Positions 55,683 through 63,877 of a stretch of 64,000 nucleotides of DNA are shown piece by piece. The DNA is taken from IMG/VR virus record IMGVR_UViG_3300045051_000978, positions 32,001-96,000 of that record, one strand, 5' to 3'. This DNA is from a virus. Position numbers and translations under genes: made by a program. The notes under the pieces were generated by a model. That model was not told where the DNA came from and searched no databases. It saw only the letters and a list, made by a program, of their open reading frames with translations. The first letter of the stretch is position 1, and each line of letters starts with the position of its first letter.

Positions 55683-56753
55683 TTACAGTGTGAAGTGCCG
55701 AAACGAAGGTTTGCCGAAAGCGTTCCGAAGAACCGTGTCAAAATCGGTATACAGTTCAATGGCCTCCTGCGTCCGGCCGCTGTAGCCGAGCAGGCAGGCG
55801 CGCAGCACCGAAGCCATCGCCCTGGGCGCGTGGTCGAGCCCGCCGATCAGCTGCTCGAAGCACTTCACCGCCATGTACAGGTCGAGCCCATAGCTCGCCG
55901 GCATCTTCTTGCGCACGTCCTCCGGGTAGTAGAGTGCGCTGTCCTCGGCCATCGCCTTGGGCTTGTCGCCCTTCTTCACGGCATAGGAGAAGTCGAGAAG
56001 GATGCCGTTGTGCGCTCCCTTCTCGGTCTTGTCCAGGAGGCAGACCAAAACGTGCTTCGGCACAACAGCCGTGTGCACGTACCCGGCCCCATGCACGGCC
56101 ATGAGCGCACCGACGAGCCGGCGGAACATCCAGGCCGCGTCCGGCACAGCGATGCCGCACGGGTGTCGCTCGATGATCTCGGCCAGAGTGTGGTAGCCCG
56201 CACCCGGGTCTTTCAGGACGTTGACGCGCCGACCGTCCACATCGAACTGGTCAACGAAATGTGGCAGGTGAAACTCGCAGAGCTGCTCGGTCTTCGCTGC
56301 CGCGGCAGCTTCACGTATGGCTTTCAGCGCAGCGCGCTCGTTGTCGAGCAGATCGTTGTCACCTGGGTGACGCGCCGCTTTGAATATCAGGGGCGCGTCC
56401 TTGGCGCTGGACGCGTAACCGCTGTAGACGTTCGAGATGTCCCCAGGCGGGCGCACGCGCACGAGTTTGTACTCGGCCTTCTTGGTCGCGACGGTGATGT
56501 TGACGACATCGCGCTGTCCGAAGGTACCGGCAGCGATCTTGTCGTCTGCCTCCACTTTGAAGTCGTCGAGCAGCTTGAAGCACTCCTCCGCGATCTTCTT
56601 TTCGCGCTTGCCGCTGTACAGGTCAGGATGAACCACCTTGGCCAGCTCGCGATACCGCTTCTTAACGTCTTCGTCCGGTTTTCCGTTTACAGGAAACACG
56701 TCCTCGCAGTAGCGAGCTTCAGTCAAGATTGTCCTGGCCTCAGTGAGCGTCAT
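55683..56753 (-). CDS. J-domain plus protein-kinase-like fusion
   Basis: YRELAKVVHPD (J domain); GDISNVY, IFK, LLDNE..AL, VHGAGYVHTAVVPKHVL, LLDFSYA. Confidence 0.8.
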   Translation of the reverse strand: MTLTEARTILTEARYCEDVFPVNGKPDEDVKKRYRELAKVVHPDLYSGKREKKIAEECFKLLDDFKVEADDKIAAGTFGQRDVVNITVATKKAEYKLVRVRPPGDISNVYSGYASSAKDAPLIFKAARHPGDNDLLDNERAALKAIREAAAAAKTEQLCEFHLPHFVDQFDVDGRRVNVLKDPGAGYHTLAEIIERHPCGIAVPDAAWMFRRLVGALMAVHGAGYVHTAVVPKHVLVCLLDKTEKGAHNGILLDFSYAVKKGDKPKAMAEDSALYYPEDVRKKMPASYGLDLYMAVKCFEQLIGGLDHAPRAMASVLRACLLGYSGRTQEAIELYTDFDTVLRNAFGKPSFRHFTL

Positions 56754-56902
56754 TGCGTGAGTAGCGAATAGTTGACCGGCGGCATTGGAATCACGTTGTT
56801 GGTGCTCGGCGGCGCGAGCGGAGGCGCAGGAACGGGCGCAGGCTCCGGAGTGCGGCAAGCGGTGAGGACGACGAGACCAAGGAGAGCAAGAGCTGCTTTC
56901 AT
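56750..56902 (-). CDS. Small Pro-rich lipoprotein (50 aa)
   Basis: Read by hand MKAALALLGLVVLTAC-RTPEPAPVPAPP; ATGA overlaps at both ends. Confidence 0.6.
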   Translation of the reverse strand: MKAALALLGLVVLTACRTPEPAPVPAPPLAPPSTNNVIPMPPVNYSLLTQ

Positions 56903-57384
56903 AGGCGGAAGAGCATGCAGGATTGGATTTCGGTTTTCGACGGCCGAAGGATACGACCGTTCTGTGGTTCCATGAAACCGATTTCCAAAGTGCCGCCTTG
57001 GTGCAGCGTGTGAAAAAACGCGTTGACCGCGTGCGGCCCCTGCGCAGGCGTAAACCAGAATTCACCGAACGCCAAACCGGCCGCAGGCTTCACCGGTCCC
57101 TTGCCCGGCTGGCGGGACTCCTGGATGGTGCGATTGTTCAGGAGCTGCGCGTAGCCGGCGCACATGCGGGAGAAGTCGTCACAGTCGTTGGCGTCCGCCT
57201 GATACTGGCCGATGCCGAGAACCTGCATGGTCTGCAACCACGCGTCCGAGAACGTGGACTCAACCCACGGAAGCGACGGCAGAAGGTAGGTCTCGTCCGA
57301 AAACAGCAGCGCGTTTGCGCTGATGCCACAGGCAACAGCAGCACGGACGAGTTCGTGAGACTGGGCTTGAGTGAAGTAGCTCAT
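56899..57384 (-). CDS. Papain/transglutaminase-like domain (DCDDF...HA.N)
   Basis: YQADANDCDDFS, HAVNAF, FMEPQNG. Confidence 0.7.
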   Translation of the reverse strand: MSYFTQAQSHELVRAAVACGISANALLFSDETYLLPSLPWVESTFSDAWLQTMQVLGIGQYQADANDCDDFSRMCAGYAQLLNNRTIQESRQPGKGPVKPAAGLAFGEFWFTPAQGPHAVNAFFHTLHQGGTLEIGFMEPQNGRILRPSKTEIQSCMLFRL

Positions 57385-57791
57385 GCTGGGGAGAACTCCA
57401 TTCGAGTGTAGTCCGCAAAGCGCTTTCCGGATTTGCGGTGCGCGTTGATGGCGACGACTTCACGCAGACCGGCGCTCGTGAGGCTGACAATCGGATGAAT
57501 ACCTGTGCCACCGACACTGACGTAGCCTGCCTTCTCCAGGTCATCCAGACAGTCCCAGTCATCGTGCCCGGATTCGGTTCCGTTTTTCAGGCGGGTGGAG
57601 TACACCTCCCGCCAAGTCAAAAGCGCCGCGTGCCGATCCGTGCGCAAACCTGGATGCCGACCCACATTGCAGCGCAAGCGGCTGCGGTCTACTTCCGCGT
57701 GCTCACCAAGAAGGTTTGCGCAAGCTGCGCCGACGTAAGCCAGCAAACTCCAATGGTCCTGGCCAAATTCGTCAGGCGGAATCGTACGCAC
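57381..57791 (-). CDS. Hypothetical early protein
   Basis: GTG 6 nt after TTGACT-17-TACGGT; DHWSLLAY, HDDWDCLDDL. Confidence 0.65.
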   Translation of the reverse strand: MRTIPPDEFGQDHWSLLAYVGAACANLLGEHAEVDRSRLRCNVGRHPGLRTDRHAALLTWREVYSTRLKNGTESGHDDWDCLDDLEKAGYVSVGGTGIHPIVSLTSAGLREVVAINAHRKSGKRFADYTRMEFSPA

Positions 57792-57797
57792 AGTAAA

Positions 57798-57826
57798 ACC
57801 GTATACAAACAGGCAACGTGAGTCAA
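57798..57826 (-). promoter_or_regulatory. Early sigma70-like promoter, leaderless
   Basis: TTGACT-17-TACGGT. Confidence 0.65.
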
Positions 57827-57828
57827 CC

Positions 57829-58029
57829 TCAGTTTCGCACGATGTCCTTGACCGGCGTGATGTCGATCTCGCCGATGCTGCTCAGGTCGTTCTTATCCCC
57901 CACGCCGAGAACGCGCTGGCTGTACAAGCCGCAACGCAGACAACGTCTCCGCTGGAAGATCGTGTAGCCGTGAGCGTGCGACAGCATCCACTTCGACCAC
58001 TTGTGCATGAACGGAAAGCATCTTTTCAT
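57829..58029 (-). CDS. Small Cys/His protein
   Basis: C...HKW...RRCLRCG. Confidence 0.55.
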   Translation of the reverse strand: MKRCFPFMHKWSKWMLSHAHGYTIFQRRRCLRCGLYSQRVLGVGDKNDLSSIGEIDITPVKDIVRN

Positions 58030-58352
58030 GGCGTATACGGAATCAGTTTAAGGTCGTAATCGTCAACCACGCCAGTCTCCCAGTCCCTGCGCTCGTTGCA
58101 CGCGATGACCGTGTACAGCCCGTCTTCAACCGAGTCCAGGTTCACGATCATCTGCGCAGCCAGGTCAGCCCCAACAGCGCTGATCTCCTCTTCCAGAAGG
58201 CATGCCTGCGGCCCCGAGAGTTTACGCATGAAGCTCACGTCGCGCCTGACGGAAAGCCCGCGGCGCGTCGCCCAAGTGGACGTGCGCACGCGCACCACGG
58301 TGCGGTACAGCCGCTCCTTCGTCTCATCCACCGGATCGAGTTCCAGGTTCAT
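58026..58352 (-). CDS. Hypothetical protein
   Basis: Coupled start; RDWETGVVDDYD. Confidence 0.6.
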   Translation of the reverse strand: MNLELDPVDETKERLYRTVVRVRTSTWATRRGLSVRRDVSFMRKLSGPQACLLEEEISAVGADLAAQMIVNLDSVEDGLYTVIACNERRDWETGVVDDYDLKLIPYTP

Positions 58353-58627
58353 ACGCCAAGCTTCTGCCGCAGCGCGGACCACGCGGCGTCGGTCGGCTCA
58401 GCAAGGACGCCCATGCGGTGCAGCAGCATGATCTGGTAATCCCGTGCGCCGCGGCACAAGTGCGTCTCAGGCTTCCCGTGCAAACGAGGATGGTGGCAAA
58501 CCTGCGAAGTCTTCAAAACGCGTGCCTCCACCTTCGCACGAACCTGCCTGTCGCCTCGCGGTCCGAACGGGCACGTCGGACAACACTTGGCCATCACCTG
58601 CATATCCCTGACGATCACTTCATCCAT
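58349..58627 (-). CDS. Cys-rich hypothetical protein
   Basis: CPTCPF...CHH...LCRG. Confidence 0.6.
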   Translation of the reverse strand: MDEVIVRDMQVMAKCCPTCPFGPRGDRQVRAKVEARVLKTSQVCHHPRLHGKPETHLCRGARDYQIMLLHRMGVLAEPTDAAWSALRQKLGV

Positions 58628-58857
58628 TGCCTGAGCTGTTTGCTGAGCCGGCCGTAACGTCGCGCACGGCGCATCAACTGTTCGTGTTCAAACGAGCGCG
58701 GAGCAAAGCCGCTCGCCTTCAGACGAGCGGCTTGTTCTGCCTCAGCCAGTGCCCGCAGCAACGTAGGACTCTGCCTACGCACCGCGTACCCGAGCGTCGC
58801 GGCTTCAAAGTCTTCCAGCAGCGATGACGTGCTCGAAGTCTTCGGTTCGGAAGGCAT
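58615..58857 (-). CDS. Hypothetical protein
   Basis: ORF track; overlaps neighbours. Confidence 0.4.
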   Translation of the reverse strand: MPSEPKTSSTSSLLEDFEAATLGYAVRRQSPTLLRALAEAEQAARLKASGFAPRSFEHEQLMRRARRYGRLSKQLRQWMK

Positions 58858-59212
58858 AGTGGATGGCGGCGCGGCTCATCTGGGCATCCAGAGGGTGCAC
58901 GTTGCGCTGAACCAGGGCTTGGATGCGCTCGCGCACTTTGTTGACGGCCTTCTTGAACGCCGCCTCGGTCTTGATCTGCTGGTTCCAGGAGACGCTGATG
59001 TGAACCACGCGCAGGACGCCGTCTGCGTCTACGGACGCAATCATGCGCATGCCGTCACGCCAGTCGAACACGTGCTTACGCAGCTGACCAGGGCGCTTGA
59101 CGAGGCCGGCAACGACAGCGCCAGTCTGCACGTCCGGGTAGAGAGCCTTCGGAAAGCGCTCCCTGATCTCCTTGTCGGTTTCCGGCTCAAAGGGTAGGCG
59201 CTCGTCGCTCAT
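58805..59212 (-). CDS. Hypothetical protein
   Basis: ORF track; HVFDWRDGMRMIAS. Confidence 0.6.
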   Translation of the reverse strand: MSDERLPFEPETDKEIRERFPKALYPDVQTGAVVAGLVKRPGQLRKHVFDWRDGMRMIASVDADGVLRVVHISVSWNQQIKTEAAFKKAVNKVRERIQALVQRNVHPLDAQMSRAAIHYAFRTEDFEHVIAAGRL

Positions 59213-59214
59213 GG

Positions 59215-60015
59215 CTACGCCTCCAGACCCAGCACCAAATCGTCTACATTTTCAACGACAAACTGCGCGAGACGCAGCGGAGCGTCCGCATCCATCTTGC
59301 CCTCGGCATCCGGCTTGGCCGCAGCAGCGAGGCGGGCCAGCTCGAACCGAAGGCGCTTCGCGTTCAGGACCATGTCCACCGCAGCCATCACGTTGGGGAA
59401 ATGCTCCTCGATGATCGGCCGCACCGCGTTGGCCACCTGCCGGTGCTCCTTCTGCGTGGTCGGCTCCTCGCGCACCATCAGGTAGTGAATCCAGGACCGG
59501 ATGCTGCCCTTCATGTAAAGGCGCGTGCGCGTCGAAAGCGGCAGAACGAACCGAGCCGTTTCGTTGGATGCACCACGCTCGATGCACTCCTCGTACAGGA
59601 GAAACGAGCGGGAGATGTGATCGGTGACGCGCTCGTCCAGGGCCACGTTGCCCAAGGGCTCCTCGCTCGATTGCCGGCTGGTCGCGCCCGGCTTGCGCAA
59701 CTCGATGGGCTCCGACTGCGTGACCTTGGCATACCGCTGGCTGAACTCCTGGAAGCGAAAGGAGTGGTGGCGCAAAATCTGCGCAGCGATGGCCCGGCTC
59801 GTGGTGATCTCCACCGTCACATCCGCCTGATCGAACACCGACCAGTGCTTCTTGCGGATGCAGTAGGCAAGGAGGCGCGGAGCCGTGGCCGTGTTGAGCT
59901 GGTTGTTCGGATTGCTGACGCGTGCTTCGTAAACAATCAGCTGCTCTGCTGTCAGCTCCTGGCCGTCTTCGTCGCGGACAAAGGACTTGGTGATGGAAGC
60001 AATGGTGACGTTCAT
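59215..60015 (-). CDS. thyX: Flavin-dependent thymidylate synthase
   Basis: ARVSNP, HWSVFDQ, QILRHHSFRFQEFSQRY, ARFVLP, RSWIHY...TQKEHR. Confidence 0.92.
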   Translation of the reverse strand: MNVTIASITKSFVRDEDGQELTAEQLIVYEARVSNPNNQLNTATAPRLLAYCIRKKHWSVFDQADVTVEITTSRAIAAQILRHHSFRFQEFSQRYAKVTQSEPIELRKPGATSRQSSEEPLGNVALDERVTDHISRSFLLYEECIERGASNETARFVLPLSTRTRLYMKGSIRSWIHYLMVREEPTTQKEHRQVANAVRPIIEEHFPNVMAAVDMVLNAKRLRFELARLAAAAKPDAEGKMDADAPLRLAQFVVENVDDLVLGLEA

Positions 60016-60320
60016 ACGGGAGTTTGGTTTTCGGGTACTAGAACAGCGTCGATCTGGCTCTGAAGCACTGGGTCGCTGACATGCGGACGAACTGTACACA
60101 AAACCACCAGGACCTGCGCAAGCTTTCTGCGCAGCTGTTCGATTTCGCGTTTGGCAGATTGCGCGTACCCGGCACCATCGAGCAGCTCCTCGGTCTGGTG
60201 ATCCAGCCACTGCTCAATGGTGAGGTCCTTGCGGTCGAGGCTTACCCCGTACTTCCTCAACCCGGTCGCGTCGCGCTCAAGAAGACGACCAATCAGATTC
60301 TCCGTTACCTTAGACGCCAT
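60012..60320 (-). CDS. All-alpha NTP pyrophosphohydrolase-like protein
   Basis: GLRKYGVSLDRKDL...WLDHQTEELLDGAGY; adjacent to thyX. Confidence 0.65.
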   Translation of the reverse strand: MASKVTENLIGRLLERDATGLRKYGVSLDRKDLTIEQWLDHQTEELLDGAGYAQSAKREIEQLRRKLAQVLVVLCTVRPHVSDPVLQSQIDAVLVPENQTPV

Positions 60321-60325
60321 GCTCC

Positions 60326-60658
60326 CTAGAACGCGGCATCCGGATCGATGCGCGAGTACCAGAGGGAAAGCATATAAGCGACCGCGGCAACCTTGTGCCG
60401 ATAGCTGACGTGGAACGAACCCAACACGGCGCGCAGGTGGCGCATGGCTACCCTGTGGTCAATGCCGTCCTTGGGCTCGTAAACAGTTGCTTGAGGCAGC
60501 CCGTCGTAAAACCAGCGACTGGCCAGGACGTGCCAAGCGTTGGTGGTATCGTAGAATTCGGCAGGAATCGCCTCTTCGCCTGGAAGCAATGTTGCCGATT
60601 GCGTGGGTAACGCGGTGTCGAAGTCGCTTACCTCTTGTGGCTGGATTGGGATAGCCAT
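60326..60658 (-). CDS. Hypothetical phage protein
   Basis: WF..G...GID...A.RHL..VLGSF...HK.A.VAY.LSLW. Confidence 0.6.
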   Translation of the reverse strand: MAIPIQPQEVSDFDTALPTQSATLLPGEEAIPAEFYDTTNAWHVLASRWFYDGLPQATVYEPKDGIDHRVAMRHLRAVLGSFHVSYRHKVAAVAYMLSLWYSRIDPDAAF

Positions 60659-60855
60659 CGAGTGATAGCCGCCGGGCTCTGATCTTCGAGCTTCCGAACA
60701 GCGATGTTGTCCTCAGGACTGAATCGACGGTGGTCGCCACGCACCTCGCACATCAAACCCGCGTTTGGGTAACACAGGGTGACCTCACCTGAGGCTAAAC
60801 GCGCCTCGTAGAAGTCTTTGTCGTAATCCCCGTCCCACGCGCCGAATTCAGGCAT
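60628..60855 (-). CDS. Small hypothetical protein
   Basis: ORF track. Confidence 0.5.
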   Translation of the reverse strand: MPEFGAWDGDYDKDFYEARLASGEVTLCYPNAGLMCEVRGDHRRFSPEDNIAVRKLEDQSPAAITRWLSQSSHKR

Positions 60856-60904
60856 AGCTCAAAACGTGTCCGTACTCAACATAGGTAGCGAGGCTGCGTT
60901 TCGT

Positions 60905-61114
60905 TTACACAAAACTGTTGCAGCTGTTCGCAGGCTCGCCGATGTCGCCCAGTGCCGTGAGGTTGATTTTGCCGATCAAGCGGCGCAGGACAGCTCGATC
61001 CGCCTTGGTGACGCGCCAGAGCAGGGTCCTGTACGGGCTGCGCACTCCCCAAGTCGTGAGGTTGGTGACGTGAATTCGCAGCGTTCCGCGCTGCTGTAAC
61101 GTCAACCAGGTCAT
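60905..61114 (-). CDS. Small hypothetical protein
   Basis: Start re-called to MTWLTLQQ. Confidence 0.45.
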   Translation of the reverse strand: MTWLTLQQRGTLRIHVTNLTTWGVRSPYRTLLWRVTKADRAVLRRLIGKINLTALGDIGEPANSCNSFV

Positions 61115-61134
61115 GGGGATAGTTGCCGAAGCCT

Positions 61135-61479
61135 CTACGGCAACTGACCGGGCTGGATGTCGAACCTTCTTCGATGGCCGCTCTCCACCCAGATGCCCGC
61201 GATGTGGTTTCCGTCCTTGTGCGCGTGCACGCTTTCCAGGAGGCCGTTTTCGTCGCCTTGTGTCCATGTTCCAGTCTGGGTTGCCGGTGTGATGCGCAGC
61301 TTGTATCGGATTGGCCGGCGCGTCCGCTCGTCGATGCCCTTGCAGAATGAAGCCTCGAATGCCTCCGGCCGCTGCTGCACCCATTCCAGCTGGCAGGTTT
61401 CGACTGCGCCTCGGCTGTCGAACTCAGACAGCTTGATGTTCCACGGCTGGGGTGAAGGCTCGGTTGTCGGTGTCGTCAT
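61135..61479 (-). CDS. Hypothetical protein (TAG stop; readthrough would end at 61111)
   Basis: Start re-called to MTTPTTEP. Confidence 0.55.
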   Translation of the reverse strand: MTTPTTEPSPQPWNIKLSEFDSRGAVETCQLEWVQQRPEAFEASFCKGIDERTRRPIRYKLRITPATQTGTWTQGDENGLLESVHAHKDGNHIAGIWVESGHRRRFDIQPGQLP

Positions 61480-61648
61480 AAACGGTGAACTGATCGAGGT
61501 TGATGCCCGTGCAGAACTCGCGCAGGTCGTGCAGGAGCGCCTCTGTTGAAAAATACTGGCGCGTGTTGATGGCAATGGCGGTGCCATTCAACTCGAACCG
61601 GAACCCGTAAGTTCCAGGCACGTACTCGAACAGCACCAGCTTCAGCAT
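61424..61648 (-). CDS. Small hypothetical protein
   Basis: GGAGG SD before MLKLVLFEY. Confidence 0.55.
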   Translation of the reverse strand: MLKLVLFEYVPGTYGFRFELNGTAIAINTRQYFSTEALLHDLREFCTGINLDQFTVYDDTDNRAFTPAVEHQAV

Positions 61649-61664
61649 TCCATCCTCCAGAACG

Positions 61665-61943
61665 TCATTGGAGGTTGAGCTGCCACTTCGGGCTGTAGGG
61701 GTCTGCGGCGTCAGGGGTGAGGGGCTTGAGGGCATCGATGATCTTCTGGGTGGCTTTCCAGTCCACGCGCTTGACGTTCTTGCCCGGCGGGCGAAACACG
61801 AGATGCAGCTCGTGCCGACCTTCATCGACCAGGGTACGGAACTGGAACACACGATCCGGGAAGCCCGGCCTGTGGACCAGGACATGGTCGCCTTGAAGCT
61901 GCGTGATTGTCTCGCGTTGGGTCAGATCGAGAACAGGTCGCAT
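61665..61943 (-). CDS. Hypothetical protein
   Basis: ORF track. Confidence 0.55.
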   Translation of the reverse strand: MRPVLDLTQRETITQLQGDHVLVHRPGFPDRVFQFRTLVDEGRHELHLVFRPPGKNVKRVDWKATQKIIDALKPLTPDAADPYSPKWQLNLQ

Positions 61944-61966
61944 GGACTGAAGAACGGTTTTTGAAG

Positions 61967-61995
61967 TTGACCGGCGTGCTCAAAGTGTTTACATT
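61967..61995 (+). promoter_or_regulatory. Early sigma70-like promoter
   Basis: TTGACC-17-TACATT. Confidence 0.65.
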
Positions 61996-62024
61996 TTTCG
62001 AGGACGACGCAAGCCCTTTCAACC

Positions 62025-62231
62025 ATGACCACACGAGACCCGAGAAACGACCCGCAGCCTGGAGACGTGATCCGCAAAGGCACCGCCCACCGCGTCATCG
62101 AGCGGCACGTCCTTCGCGTCCACGAGAACAACGTCTACTACCGCACGTCCAACTCTCAAATCGAGAAGTGCGCCTGGATCACGACGTGGCGCACGTGGGC
62201 CAGGGACGCTTCCGTCGTCAACAAGTCCTGA
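62025..62231 (+). CDS. Small early protein (RDPR.DPQPGDV)
   Basis: First gene after the promoter. Confidence 0.65.
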   Translation: MTTRDPRNDPQPGDVIRKGTAHRVIERHVLRVHENNVYYRTSNSQIEKCAWITTWRTWARDASVVNKS

Positions 62232-62234
62232 GCC

Positions 62235-62909
62235 ATGGCCAGAGGCAAAAAGGACCGCAAGGTCGAGACGATCCATCACCGGTCAGGGGTGAAGGTGGAC
62301 ATCATGTTCGACCCGAACCCTGGCGGTGAGTACGGGCTCACCTTCAGTGCGCGTGTTGGCGACAAATGGTTTCGCGAGCCGAGCGCTGCTGCCATCAAGC
62401 GCGCCGTCTACAAGTACCTGGACGAGCAGGTTCAGATGACATGGATTCCCGTGATCATCGTTTCCGAAATCGCACCCTTCCACCCTGGGACCGCTTCTTT
62501 CGTCGGCATCGAGGTCACACGTGCCTACATGGCCAACGGTGCTGATGGTGCTGTCCGCCGGCTCAACTGGGACGACTACCACGCCGAAGCCAACACGTTC
62601 GCCGGTCCTTCCGAAGGGGAAAACGTGGACGCTTGGCGGCTCCTACGCGCCCAAACGGCGTACCTGGGCATCAAGAGCGTGCCTGACGGCCTACCCTTCG
62701 TCACCAAGAGCAGCGACAAGGAGACGCGCATCCTGCCGTACACGGAAGAATTGTACACAGGACTCGTCGAGATCGACCGCGGCATCGAGCGTCTGCGCGA
62801 GAAGCTGCGCGAGCTGCTTGGCAACAAGGATGGCTGGTCACGGATCGCCGAGATCGGCAGCCAGATGATGAGGATGCTTCCGGCTCCGACTGAAAATGAA
62901 GGCGAGTGA
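62235..62909 (+). CDS. Hypothetical protein
   Basis: ORF track; typical codon usage. Confidence 0.65.
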   Translation: MARGKKDRKVETIHHRSGVKVDIMFDPNPGGEYGLTFSARVGDKWFREPSAAAIKRAVYKYLDEQVQMTWIPVIIVSEIAPFHPGTASFVGIEVTRAYMANGADGAVRRLNWDDYHAEANTFAGPSEGENVDAWRLLRAQTAYLGIKSVPDGLPFVTKSSDKETRILPYTEELYTGLVEIDRGIERLREKLRELLGNKDGWSRIAEIGSQMMRMLPAPTENEGE

Positions 62910-63177
62910 AATCACCGTCGGCCGGGTCTACACGAACGGGCGCACCTTCCGGTGTGTCCTGGCCGTAGACGACGCCGGCAAGGTCCAGGTGGCCGAGGTG
63001 CAGCAGGGGCAGCCCAGGACGACCACCATGCGACGCTGGATCGGCAGGACGACGCTGGCGCGATGGGCGGTCCGCGACGCCCTCTGGAGCCAGTGCTGCA
63101 ATGTCCCCTACGACATCGTTGGCAGGACGACGCTGCACGCCAGATGCCCTACCTGTGGAGAATCCTGCGACCCATGA
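62896..63177 (+). CDS. Hypothetical protein with C-terminal zinc ribbon
   Basis: MKASEITVGRVY...WSQCC...CPTCGESC. Confidence 0.6.
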   Translation: MKASEITVGRVYTNGRTFRCVLAVDDAGKVQVAEVQQGQPRTTTMRRWIGRTTLARWAVRDALWSQCCNVPYDIVGRTTLHARCPTCGESCDP

Positions 63178-63428
63178 TTGCCTACATCGGCTGCCTTAGG
63201 AACACGCACACGGACGAGGTCGAACTCATCCGCAAGCTCTGCGCATTCGAGGGAATCATGGTGTTCGAGATGCCTGTCCAACACCTCAAAACCTACTACA
63301 AGGGCGGACGGCCAGTCGTCGTGTACGGCAACGAATTCATCGACGTACCCAGCGAGCGCCGCGTTGTCGTTTACGGTTTCTATGCTTTTGTCGAGCACCT
63401 CACCAAGCACGGTTTGATTCGCGCATGA
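63174..63428 (+). CDS. Hypothetical protein
   Basis: ATGA-coupled at both ends. Confidence 0.55.
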   Translation: MIAYIGCLRNTHTDEVELIRKLCAFEGIMVFEMPVQHLKTYYKGGRPVVVYGNEFIDVPSERRVVVYGFYAFVEHLTKHGLIRA

Positions 63429-63613
63429 ACGCACCAGGAAAAACCAGGCACAAGAAGCTTCTGATCGCCCTAGGCAGGCCCAAGCACTTTCTGTTTACGG
63501 TCATGAACCGACAGCGGCGGGCCTGCGGTGCAATGTCCGGAGAAGGTACCACCGACAAGAGTGAGGTCGATTGCCTTCAGTGCCGTAAAACCGTAGCCTT
63601 CAAGGAGAGCTGA
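63425..63613 (+). CDS. Small Cys protein
   Basis: H...ACG...VDCLQC. Confidence 0.55.
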   Translation: MNAPGKTRHKKLLIALGRPKHFLFTVMNRQRRACGAMSGEGTTDKSEVDCLQCRKTVAFKES

Positions 63614-63616
63614 CGC

Positions 63617-63877
63617 ATGAACCCACGAGGCCGACTCATTGCCCAGTGGTACGTGTTCTGCAACCTCTGTTCCAACCAGCACCTGCTTGGAAAGCCGCGT
63701 ACAACTTCAGTCAAGGAGGCTGAAAAGCGCATTCGGGCTGATGGCTGGGTCTCGCACCGCGAAATGGTCATGGGCGAGCGCCTGACCTACTGGACCTGCC
63801 CGTCTTGCGCGGCAGATCGCAAACGCTTCTTCGAGCGCGAGAAAGCGATTCGTCAACGCCGGCAATCTCGATCCTGA
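63617..63877 (+). CDS. Zinc-finger small protein
   Basis: CNLC...GW...CPSC. Confidence 0.6.
   Translation: MNPRGRLIAQWYVFCNLCSNQHLLGKPRTTSVKEAEKRIRADGWVSHREMVMGERLTYWTCPSCAADRKRFFEREKAIRQRRQSRS

Noticed and set aside
56750-56902. Rz1-like outer-membrane spanin
   Set aside because: Pro-rich lipoprotein, but in an early operon with no adjacent inner spanin or endolysin; kept as a generic lipoprotein.
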